Source of the DNA: Actinomycetes bacterium
GTDB taxonomy: Bacteria; Actinomycetota; Acidimicrobiia; Spongiisociales; UBA5794
DNA length: 52,849 nt
Direction: 5' to 3'
Assembly (NCBI GenBank): GCA_023336815.1
Contig: JAMBLJ010000054.1
Location: 1 to 52,849 of the forward strand
In this document: positions 1-7,997 of the stretch, one piece after another
How positions within the stretch are numbered: position 1 is the stretch's first letter
Layout: the number at the start of each line of letters is the position of its first letter
The notes under the pieces: generated by a model
The model's input: only the letters and a program-made list of their open reading frames with translations
The model's database searches: none
Told to the model about the DNA's origin: nothing
Translations under genes and position numbers: made by a program

Positions 1-16
1 ATCACTCCTGCATCGT

Positions 17-59
17 GGAGTTGCGTAGCAACACCGAAGGAACGCTCTTGGCGTTCCCG
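17..59 (+). repeat. Twin-hairpin REP-like dispersed repeat, copy A
   Basis: GGAGTTGCGTAGCAACACCGAAGGAACGCTCTTGGCGTTCCCG; aligns with copies at 573, 7591 and 20713. Confidence 0.8.
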
Positions 60-73
60 GTTACGCTGGGCTC

Positions 74-496
74 ATGAGACGGACACTGGACGGACATCTC
101 GGTGACTGGGTAGGTACGTGGTCGACCTGGCTGCAGCCAGACGTTCTCTACGACGTGTCTTCCCTGGAACTGTCGGTCGTTGAACAAGACGACGGATGGA
201 TGTTGTCGTACGAGGGCCACATTGCTTCAGATCACGCAGCCGGATCTATGCACTACCGCTTCGATGTGTCATCGAGTCGGATCACCTGGATCGATTCGTG
301 GCACACCGATGGTCAAAAGAGCGAACTCATCGGTATCGGAGACGATCCTGCGTTCTATGCCTACACCGACGGGTCCGATCCCTGGGGTTGGACGATCGAT
401 GTCGAACCCCGTGAGGATCGCCTGCTCATCACACACAGCAACATCCCACCAGGTGGTCGTCCGACGCGAGCGGTATCAGCGCGCCTCCGCCGCTGA
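74..496 (+). CDS. Hypothetical beta-rich protein, DUF1579-like
   Basis: 140-aa ORF with WIDSWHT and WGW motifs; TACGCT 6 nt before the ATG (leaderless layout). Confidence 0.6.
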   Translation: MRRTLDGHLGDWVGTWSTWLQPDVLYDVSSLELSVVEQDDGWMLSYEGHIASDHAAGSMHYRFDVSSSRITWIDSWHTDGQKSELIGIGDDPAFYAYTDGSDPWGWTIDVEPREDRLLITHSNIPPGGRPTRAVSARLRR

Positions 497-718
497 CGCC
501 AGTCCGCCTTTCAAGGGGGACTGGCGAGTCTTCGAGTGAGGGGGATGGGAACCCGCGTTGGTCCAAGTTCTCGGAGTTGCGCAGCAACTCCCGAGGAACG
601 CCCTTGGCGTTCCCGCTCTGTCTTTCGAGCGCAACCAGCCTTAGCCGGATGGCGCGAGTTCCCATCCCCCTGCGTCACTCCTGCGTCGTTCTGCTGTCCC
701 CCTTGAAAGGGGGACTGG
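497..718. repeat. Composite BIME-like element: inverted pair of ~60-bp palindromic units (497-557, 653-718) around twin-hairpin copy B
   Basis: Both arms read CCAGTCC(G/C)CCTTTCAAGGGGGAC...GAGTGA...GGGGGATGGGAAC(C/T)CGCG on opposite strands. Confidence 0.8.
573..616 (+). repeat. Twin-hairpin REP-like dispersed repeat, copy B
   Basis: GGAGTTGC-gca-GCAACTCC followed by GGAACGCC-ctt-GGCGTTCC: two perfect 8-bp stems. Confidence 0.85.
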
Positions 719-2144
719 GGTTGTTCGCTCGATTGCGCAGAGTTGATCGCACGTCTGTGATGTCCGCAGGACACGTCTTTGATGCCTTCCAGTAGCACCA
801 GCCGGTTGGAAGAAAGAACACCTGGAACAACGAGAGGCCAACTGCGAGGTTGTATGGAGCAGGGATCGATCGGTTGAGGACCTGGGCTGTGACCGTCGTG
901 AGGCCGGCACCGGTCGCTCGACCAACACCGTTCACGAGGTACCCAACTCCAAAAACGGTACCCCTGTGTTCGGGTACGTTCACATCAGAGATCAGAGCGA
1001 ACCAGTTGGGAGAGTCTGCGGAGGTCAGCGCGAGTGCGACGATCGCGGACAGGAACGCAGCAGCTACCCATGGATTCGTCGCGATCGACGATAGGACCTC
1101 GCCGAGGAAAGTCAACGTGCTCGCACCTTCCGTGACTTCGAGTCCACGGAGAGGGATCCAGAAGAAGATGAGAAAGAAGGGGATGGCTCCGAGAATTCCG
1201 ATGGCAGAAACGTATGCCCGACCTGACAGATTGCGGTGCTGCCACCGATCCCCGATATGTCCAGCCAGAATGGAGAACAGCGCACCGATCGAGAACATCG
1301 CAGCGAACAGGCCACCAACCTGTTGCCCGGTTGCTTGTGAATATCCCTCCGCGATGACCTTCTCCTGATAGAGAAGCGGAACCCAGATGAGCGATCCGTA
1401 TGCGATCTGCGCTGTGAGACCCTGAAGGACGAGCCACCGATTGGTCCGAACATCCGCGAGTTCGTGCAGCTGTGACGGATCGATGTCATAGTCGTAGGTC
1501 TCGCCGTCGGCGTAGAGATCGGCGAGTTCGGGTTCGCTGAATCCCCTTGGCGGATCGAAGGCGAGAAGGAACAAGATCGAGAATGAGAATCCTGACACTG
1601 CGATGATCAAGAAGGGAGCACGTGAATTGACGGCACCTGTCTGGGATGCAAGCAGGCTGCCGATAAGCGTGCCGATTCCCTGTGAGAGACCCCAGAACGA
1701 CATGGCGAGCCCTCGCCTCTTCGGCGCAACGAAGTCTGAGACGACCGAGAACCCCACAGCAGCGATGGATCCGAGACCGATCCCTGCGACCACCTGCAGA
1801 GCGAACAACACGCCGAATGAAGTCGTGAACGCACTCATCGCCATCGCTATCGACCAGATGAGCGTGCCCCATAACAGCAGTCGCTTGCGGTCCCGTTGAT
1901 CAGCCAGGTATCCCCAGCCGACGGCGGTGACCGCCGTCATCAGCACCTGTGCACCGGTGAGCGCACCGAGTGCAGCGGTGCCGACACCATACGACTCGCG
2001 GAGCTGTGGGATCATCGAAGGGATGAGCGCAATGGCAGCGTTGTCGAGCGACGCAAGCACGATGAACACAACGATCGTGTACACAACGTGGACTGGACCT
2101 CCCCACCACGACGTGCGGCGCGTATTCGCCCTGCTCGATGTCAC
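675..2144 (-). CDS. MFS transporter
   Basis: 489 aa, about 12 hydrophobic segments, motif-A-like GYLADQRDRK and GHIGDRW. Confidence 0.9.
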   Translation of the reverse strand: MTSSRANTRRTSWWGGPVHVVYTIVVFIVLASLDNAAIALIPSMIPQLRESYGVGTAALGALTGAQVLMTAVTAVGWGYLADQRDRKRLLLWGTLIWSIAMAMSAFTTSFGVLFALQVVAGIGLGSIAAVGFSVVSDFVAPKRRGLAMSFWGLSQGIGTLIGSLLASQTGAVNSRAPFLIIAVSGFSFSILFLLAFDPPRGFSEPELADLYADGETYDYDIDPSQLHELADVRTNRWLVLQGLTAQIAYGSLIWVPLLYQEKVIAEGYSQATGQQVGGLFAAMFSIGALFSILAGHIGDRWQHRNLSGRAYVSAIGILGAIPFFLIFFWIPLRGLEVTEGASTLTFLGEVLSSIATNPWVAAAFLSAIVALALTSADSPNWFALISDVNVPEHRGTVFGVGYLVNGVGRATGAGLTTVTAQVLNRSIPAPYNLAVGLSLFQVFFLPTGWCYWKASKTCPADITDVRSTLRNRANNPSPPFKGDSRTTQE

Positions 2145-2159
2145 GCTCCGTCGGATCGA

Positions 2160-2477
2160 CTAGGTATTGGAGGGCGTCGGTGGCTCCTCGCCTGGATCGG
2201 GATCCGTTGCCGGCTCCTCCGTGAGGGTTGCGGACGAGTCGGCGTCTCCGGCGCTTGCGTAGGTGACACCGGCAGTTGTCTCTGCGGTAGGTGATGTTGA
2301 GCTTCCGAACGGTGCGAGTGTCGCCATGAAAAGGCCGAAAACGATGCCGAGGATCGGGAGGATCCAGAGCAGATGCGAATCAAGAGGGATCACACCAAAG
2401 AGAAAAAGCGCAACACCTCCGAAGAGCCCGAAGAAGAAGCCACTGATGACACCGAGGAATGGTTTGCCCTGCATCAC
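2160..2477 (-). CDS. Small hypothetical membrane protein (2 TM, acidic Pro-rich tail)
   Basis: 105 aa; overlaps the upstream gene's stop codon. Confidence 0.65.
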   Translation of the reverse strand: MMQGKPFLGVISGFFFGLFGGVALFLFGVIPLDSHLLWILPILGIVFGLFMATLAPFGSSTSPTAETTAGVTYASAGDADSSATLTEEPATDPDPGEEPPTPSNT

Positions 2478-3046
2478 GCAACTACCTTTCGCTTGAATCC
2501 TGCTCCGATGGTTCCAGCTCCGAACACGAGTGTTCCCGTGGCAGCGATGATGGCTGCTGCGCCTGGACTACCGTCGAGTGTGACGTTCACTTCGGCGACA
2601 CAGGTCGTTCCGCCTTGCTGGTGGGTAGCCGTTACAAGGATCTCGCCTGTTCCACGAGGTACCCATCCAGGCACGTCGTACGTTTCGTTGCCTTCTGCAA
2701 ATATCTCGACTGTCTCGCCGTTCCAATCAAACATGTTGATACTTCCAACGCCCGCAACATTGGCCGAAATTCCTCCAACGAAACTCACAGGGTCGCTTGG
2801 TTCAGGCATGTCGATCGCACCGATGTAGTCGACGCTCGCCTTGTCGGGTACAACCGTCACGATTGAGAGTGATTGTGTGGCATCGATCTCAGCAACCGTC
2901 GGTCCGCCGGCCTCTGTCGAGAAGAATGCGAAACCCGTACAGGGGCCATCGACGACCGCACCGGCTGGTGATGCCAGCACCCCAACACTGAGCATGATCA
3001 TCGTTGCGAGTACTCCAACGGCACCGAACTTACGCTTTCGCGTCAT
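2474..3046 (-). CDS. Hypothetical exported protein with C-terminal membrane anchor
   Basis: Signal-peptide-like N-terminus, Cys pair, C-terminal hydrophobic stretch followed by KRK; GAGGAGGAG RBS upstream. Confidence 0.7.
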   Translation of the reverse strand: MTRKRKFGAVGVLATMIMLSVGVLASPAGAVVDGPCTGFAFFSTEAGGPTVAEIDATQSLSIVTVVPDKASVDYIGAIDMPEPSDPVSFVGGISANVAGVGSINMFDWNGETVEIFAEGNETYDVPGWVPRGTGEILVTATHQQGGTTCVAEVNVTLDGSPGAAAIIAATGTLVFGAGTIGAGFKRKVVA

Positions 3047-3126
3047 ACGTCTCCTCCTCTTCCGACACCACTGTACGCGAGAGCGGAACCCGTTTGTCGG
3101 AAATGTCCTGCCGCTACGCTGCTGTC

Positions 3127-4956
3127 ATGTCTCATATGTATGCCACTCCAGATCCAGTGTGGGTTCCGAACGAGGTGACAACAGCGCACGCGAACCTCGT
3201 CGAACTCATCCGGAGACGAGGACTGTCGACCTACGAGGAACTCCATGCGTGGAGTGTCGATGAACCGGACGAGTTCTGGGACATGGTCATCGAAGATCTG
3301 GATATCGAGTTCGTGGAGCCACCGACGTCGACCAGGGGGTCTCGAGATCCATTCGATCCAGCCTGGCTCCCTGGAGCGCGCCTCAACATCGTTGCCTCGT
3401 GTCTGGATCATGATCCCTCATCGGTGGCGATCATCTTCGGGACCTCGAGCGGTATCACAACCGTGACTGTCAGCGAACTGGCGTCTCGCGTGGGAGCGTT
3501 CTCTGCTGGATACGCCGCTGCTGGCTTCGACCACGGCGCAACGGTGGCGATCGTCATGCCCATGAACATCGAGGCAGTTGTTGCCTATCTCGGCATCATC
3601 GCAGCCGGTGGCATCGTCGTGTCGATCGCCGACTCGTTCGCATCTGATGAGATCGCGATGCGGCTTGAAATCTCCAAGGCCGTTGCTGTCGTGACTCAGG
3701 CAGATGTGGTGCGATTGGGCAAGAACCTGCCCATGTACGACAAGTGCGTCGAAGCTCAAGCTCCTCGATGCATCGTGGTCCACGGTGAGGATCTCAGACG
3801 TGGCGACATCCGGTGGGACGACTTCGTCGTCGAGAATGCTGCTTTCGATCCCGTGATCGCATCGGCCGGTACATACACGAACATCTTGTTCTCCTCAGGG
3901 ACGACAGGCAATCCAAAGGCGGTCCCGTGGTCCCAGACCACACCGTTGAAGGCTGCGATGGATGCCAGGTACCACCAGGACGTCCACGCAGGAGATGTCG
4001 TGGCCTGGCCTACGAACCTGGGGTGGATGATGGGTCCCTGGCTCATCTACGCCTCGCTACTCAACGGCGCGGCTATGGCGCTGTACGACGATGCACCGAC
4101 GACTCGAGGCTTCGTTGAATTCGTCGAGGACGCCGGCGTCACCATGCTTGGACTTGTTCCCTCGATCGTCTCATCGTGGCGGGCGAACGGAACGCTCCGC
4201 CCAGGGGATTGGACGTCGGTTCGTGTTCTGTCATCGACCGGTGAAGCCTCGAAGGAAGTTGACTATCGGTGGCTCATCGGCACTGCCGGCGGTGTACCGA
4301 TGATCGAATACTGCGGGGGAACGGAGATCGGGGGTGGGTATGTCACCTCGACTGTGCTCCATCCGTCTATCCCTGGCCGCTTCACGACTCCAACGCTCGG
4401 TCTCGACCTCGTGCTGATCGACGATGACGGCAACGAAGCGGAATCGGGTGAGGTGTTCCTCGTCCCGCCATCGATCGGTCTCTCGACAGAACTCATCAAC
4501 CGAGACCATGACGACGTTTACTACAACGGTGTCCCCGACATAGGACGTCCGCTTCGGCGACACGGGGATCAGATGGAGAGGGACGCCGAAGGTCGTCTGC
4601 GCGCTCTTGGACGTGTCGACGACACGATGAATCTCGGCGGCATCAAGGTCTCTTCCGCCGATCTTGAAGATGCGATCAGTGCCACCCGTGGCGTTGTCGA
4701 GTGTGCGGCCGTTGCAGTGCCGCCACCGGGGGGTGGGCCGGACCGGCTCATCGTGTTCGTGGTGCTCGACGGCGGGGAACACCGATCGTTCGACGACATC
4801 CGAAGCGAGTTCCAGGAGCATATTTCCAGCAGGCTCAATCCGTTGTTCCGAGTGCACGACGTCGTTGCGATCGATGCCCTGCCAAGAACAGCGTCGCATA
4901 AAGTTATGCGCCGCACGTTGCGATCGCACTATGACCCCTCGGACGGGTCCGTCTGA
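3127..4956 (+). CDS. AMP-dependent acyl-CoA synthetase (acetyl/acetoacetyl-CoA ligase-like)
   Basis: FSSGTTGNPK, YCGGTE, GRVDD and PRTASHK motifs; start placed at ATG 3127, 6 nt after TACGCT. Confidence 0.9.
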   Translation: MSHMYATPDPVWVPNEVTTAHANLVELIRRRGLSTYEELHAWSVDEPDEFWDMVIEDLDIEFVEPPTSTRGSRDPFDPAWLPGARLNIVASCLDHDPSSVAIIFGTSSGITTVTVSELASRVGAFSAGYAAAGFDHGATVAIVMPMNIEAVVAYLGIIAAGGIVVSIADSFASDEIAMRLEISKAVAVVTQADVVRLGKNLPMYDKCVEAQAPRCIVVHGEDLRRGDIRWDDFVVENAAFDPVIASAGTYTNILFSSGTTGNPKAVPWSQTTPLKAAMDARYHQDVHAGDVVAWPTNLGWMMGPWLIYASLLNGAAMALYDDAPTTRGFVEFVEDAGVTMLGLVPSIVSSWRANGTLRPGDWTSVRVLSSTGEASKEVDYRWLIGTAGGVPMIEYCGGTEIGGGYVTSTVLHPSIPGRFTTPTLGLDLVLIDDDGNEAESGEVFLVPPSIGLSTELINRDHDDVYYNGVPDIGRPLRRHGDQMERDAEGRLRALGRVDDTMNLGGIKVSSADLEDAISATRGVVECAAVAVPPPGGGPDRLIVFVVLDGGEHRSFDDIRSEFQEHISSRLNPLFRVHDVVAIDALPRTASHKVMRRTLRSHYDPSDGSV

Positions 4957-6047
4957 TGGAACAGGCTCTATCACTCGCGGCGTTTCTCGTCGGTTTCTTG
5001 ACAGTCATCTATGTCATCCAGGCTGCGGTCCGCACCGTCGTGCTTCCGCGCTCCGCGAAGGTGACGCTGACCTCAGTCGTCTTCGGCGCGGTTGTCGTCG
5101 TATTTCGATGGTTGGCTGACCGGAAGAGAACGTATGAGGATCAGGACAGCATCCTCGCAGTTATCGCCCCCGTTGGCATGATCGTCATCCCCGCCTCGTG
5201 GCTGGTGTTGTTGCTCGTAGGATTCGAGTTCATGTTCTGGTCGACCGATCCCGACCTGGGCCTAGGGGGCGCCTTCAACCTGGCGGGATCGTCGATCACG
5301 ACGCTCGGTTTCGCGCCGGCGATCGGGGGAGGTCAGCGCGCCCTTGCGTTCACGGCTGCTCTTCTGGGACTGCTAGTGCTCACACTCTTCATCGCGTATC
5401 TCCCTTCTATCTACTCGGCATTCCAGAGACGCGAGAACCGTGTCGCGCTGCTCGAAGTTCGGGCAGGATCGCCAGCAAACGCTCCCGAGATGTTGGTCAG
5501 ATTCCACCGTATTGGCTGGGTGGACGAGCTTACATTCGAGTGGCTTGCATGGGAGCCCTGGTTCATGGAGCTCGAGGAGACACATACGACATATGCGGCG
5601 CTGCCATGGTTCCGTTCGGCAGACGCCCATCGGTCATGGGTGACCGCCTCAGGTGCGATGATGGATGCAGCGGCTCTGTGGATATCGGCAACCAACGTCC
5701 CTGCCGGGCCGGATCATGCCGCCGCTGGACTGATGATCCGGTCCGGTTACGTCGCCATGCAACGCATCGCCGAAAGTTTCAACATTCCGTTCGATCCTGA
5801 CCCACAAGCGGGTGATCCGATAGCGTTGGAGCGATCAGAGTTCGAAGATGCGGTTGATCGCCTTGCGGTTGCAGGGATCAGTGTGCGCGAGGATCGAGAC
5901 CAGGCATGGCTTGACTTTGCGGGTTGGCGGGTCAACTACGAGGCCCCGCTCCTGGGCATGGCCCAGATGTTGAGGGCTCCCTATGCCCCGTGGACATCAG
6001 ATCGCTCACCCGTCCAGTCTGGAGCGCGAGGACACAGGGCGACCTGA
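4956..6047 (+). CDS. Membrane protein with K+-channel-like pore segment
   Basis: TM helices flanking SITTLGFAP; soluble C-terminal domain; coupled to the upstream stop (TGATG). Confidence 0.65.
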   Translation: MEQALSLAAFLVGFLTVIYVIQAAVRTVVLPRSAKVTLTSVVFGAVVVVFRWLADRKRTYEDQDSILAVIAPVGMIVIPASWLVLLLVGFEFMFWSTDPDLGLGGAFNLAGSSITTLGFAPAIGGGQRALAFTAALLGLLVLTLFIAYLPSIYSAFQRRENRVALLEVRAGSPANAPEMLVRFHRIGWVDELTFEWLAWEPWFMELEETHTTYAALPWFRSADAHRSWVTASGAMMDAAALWISATNVPAGPDHAAAGLMIRSGYVAMQRIAESFNIPFDPDPQAGDPIALERSEFEDAVDRLAVAGISVREDRDQAWLDFAGWRVNYEAPLLGMAQMLRAPYAPWTSDRSPVQSGARGHRAT

Positions 6048-6080
6048 CCGTAGAATCCGCTCAACGATGGGAGCATCTCC

Positions 6081-6968
6081 TTGCCAACCGAAACGCAGTA
6101 CACACAACTCCGCGAGCGAATCTCGGGGTTGAGCGGGGTCATCATGATCATCGGCGATGTCGATACGGGAAAGACCTCCCTCGCCAGGAAGCTCATCGCT
6201 GACGCTGTGGCCGCGGACCGTAGCGTCGCCTTTGTCGATGCCGACATAGCGGCGTCGACCGTCGGTCCGGCGGGCTGTGTTGGTCTTCGCGTTGTGACAT
6301 CCACAGCGGACCTCGACACGTTGTCACAGCCCGACGATCTGAGATTCGTGGGTGCGGTTGAACCAGGCGGCGTGGTGTTGCCCCATGTGGTCGCTGTCGC
6401 TGCCCTCGTGGATATTGCCAGGGAACGTGCGGACCTCGTGATCGTGGATACGACCGGTGTGATCTCGGGTGTTGTTGGTCAGACTTTGAAGTACCACATT
6501 GCAGAGCTGACGAAACCTGCGATGGTCGTGGCGATCGAACGCGGGAGCGATCTTGACCCTGTCGTTGCGATGCTGCGAAGATTCCTTTCTGTCCGTATCG
6601 CCGAGATAGACCCCCCTGGCGACTTGATCCCCATGTCCCCGGTCGAGCGCCAGCTCGCCCGCGCAGCGGCATTCCATCACGATCTTGGAGATGACCCGCC
6701 GCGGTGGCGAGTCCAGACCACCGTGTTCGCTCCAACGCTGCCGCTCGGGTTCGACGTATCGCGTCTCGATGGCATGCTCGTTGGGGTACAGGACGAGCTC
6801 GGACGATGTCTGGGTCTCGGGGTTCTCGAACACAGCGACGGCGCGGTTCGTGTCGCGACTCGCCACGGTGAGCAGATGCGCGGTCTGCGCCTTGGTTCGA
6901 TCCGCGTCGATCTCGAAACCTTCGCTACCAGCCGTGTACGTCTGAGGGAGCTCATCTTTGGGGTGTGA
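6081..6968 (+). CDS. Clp1/Grc3/Nol9-family polynucleotide 5'-OH kinase
   Basis: Walker A GDVDTGKT, DAD..STVGP, DTTG, RxxxR lid (RQLAR), C-terminal GRCLGLG; TTG start uncertain. Confidence 0.8.
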   Translation: MPTETQYTQLRERISGLSGVIMIIGDVDTGKTSLARKLIADAVAADRSVAFVDADIAASTVGPAGCVGLRVVTSTADLDTLSQPDDLRFVGAVEPGGVVLPHVVAVAALVDIARERADLVIVDTTGVISGVVGQTLKYHIAELTKPAMVVAIERGSDLDPVVAMLRRFLSVRIAEIDPPGDLIPMSPVERQLARAAAFHHDLGDDPPRWRVQTTVFAPTLPLGFDVSRLDGMLVGVQDELGRCLGLGVLEHSDGAVRVATRHGEQMRGLRLGSIRVDLETFATSRVRLRELIFGV

Positions 6969-7003
6969 AGATGGAGCCACAAGCCGACAGCTGACAGCCT
7001 CAA

Positions 7004-7564
7004 ATGACGGGGGTTGAGGGTGGGCCGGTGCTCCGTGGTCTTCAGATGCCGATCGACTGGACGATCTTTGGATGGCCTGACGTGCCGCGCCTTGGTGGCG
7101 TGACGTGTACAACCGGCGATCCGATGTGGGCATGGGATGCCGGAGCGCCAGCATTCGGCATCAACGTGTTCGACCCACCCCATGGCATCGATGTCGGGTC
7201 ATTCCGTATCGACCATGTCGTGCTCCTGGTACCCGAACTGTCCGGTGCGATCGCAACACTCGCTCGAGTCGGATTGGATGTTCGTCTCAGGATGAAAGTC
7301 AACGAACGGCCAGCCGCATTCTTTCGGGTCGGCCCGGTTCTTGAGGTGATCGAGTCGCCCGTTCGGGAGGCGGTGATCTACGGTGTGGCGCTCACTACCG
7401 AACTGTCCCTGGAAACGCTTGCGCTTGAATGGCGAGGAAGGGGTCTCAACGTCGGAAATCCGAAGGCTGCGATGCAACCGGGACGACGCATCATGACGAT
7501 CCACGGTCTTGACGCAGGTTGCGCCGTCATGTCCAACGACCGCGCCGTCGACCCCCGGACCTGA
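7004..7564 (+). CDS. VOC/glyoxalase-like protein
   Basis: IDHVVLLV...LEVIE pattern and AMQPGRRIMT. Confidence 0.6.
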   Translation: MTGVEGGPVLRGLQMPIDWTIFGWPDVPRLGGVTCTTGDPMWAWDAGAPAFGINVFDPPHGIDVGSFRIDHVVLLVPELSGAIATLARVGLDVRLRMKVNERPAAFFRVGPVLEVIESPVREAVIYGVALTTELSLETLALEWRGRGLNVGNPKAAMQPGRRIMTIHGLDAGCAVMSNDRAVDPRT

Positions 7565-7590
7565 CCCCAGCCGTCCGCCATCTGCTATCT

Positions 7591-7636
7591 GCGGGAACGC
7601 CAGGGGTGTTCCTGGAGCGTTTTGCTCCGCAACTCC
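7591..7636 (-). repeat. Twin-hairpin REP-like dispersed repeat, copy C
   Basis: Reverse complement GGAGTTGCGGAGCAAAACGCTCCAGGAACACCCCTGGCGTTCCCGC. Confidence 0.8.
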
Positions 7637-7640
7637 GCCG

Positions 7641-7675
7641 TCTGACGTCTGCCGTCTGACATCTGCTATCTGATA
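7641..7675. repeat. Heptamer tandem tract (TCTGnnn)x5
   Basis: tctgacg tctgccg tctgaca tctgcta tctgata. Confidence 0.8.
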
Positions 7676-7753
7676 TAAGGCCCGACGAACCTGAATGGTA
7701 CTCCCCGCACTTCCCCGAACGAGGTTGTCCAATCTGGCACATCGGGCCTTACC
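7673..7753 (-). ncRNA. Putative ~80-nt hairpin small RNA, family not recognised
   Basis: Perfect 10-bp terminal stem TAAGGCCCGA (7676-85) / TCGGGCCTTA (7742-51) starting at the predicted TSS of a consensus-like promoter; no plausible ORF downstream. Confidence 0.5.
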
Positions 7754-7759
7754 CACTGC

Positions 7760-7788
7760 AATGTACGCGGGATCGAGCAGCCATTCAA
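7760..7788 (-). promoter_or_regulatory. Sigma70/SigA-type promoter
   Basis: TTGAAT-N17-TACATT on the minus strand. Confidence 0.65.
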
Positions 7789-7878
7789 GACGAGTGATAG
7801 CCCCTGTTTTCCCGTTCTCAGGCGTTCGAGCCGCGCAGTTCGGCACAACTGACGCCAGCTATGCAAGCGTTTACGAGG

Positions 7879-7920
7879 TTGTCCACATATCCCCAGCTAT
7901 CCACAGGGGGTTGTGCACAA
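7879..7920. promoter_or_regulatory. Cluster of DnaA-box-like 9-mers
   Basis: TTGTCCACA 7879, ATATCCCCA 7887, CTATCCACA 7897, palindromic TTGTGCACAA 7911. Confidence 0.6.
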
Positions 7921-7997
7921 CGTGTTGTGTGAAAGTTCCCCGTGGGATGTTTTCGCGGCCCGACGACCGACGGGCACTCCATAGACCAGCGCTTCGG

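Noticed and set aside
17-718. CRISPR array or IS ends
   Set aside because: Repeats are dispersed or inverted, not regularly spaced, and no cas or transposase gene is present.
7752-7850. 6S or Ms1 RNA
   Set aside because: Only short word similarities; no long rod-like pairing, and the segment is better explained as a promoter.
7565-7997. oriC
   Set aside because: Few boxes, no AT-rich unwinding region, no dnaA/dnaN/gid neighbours.
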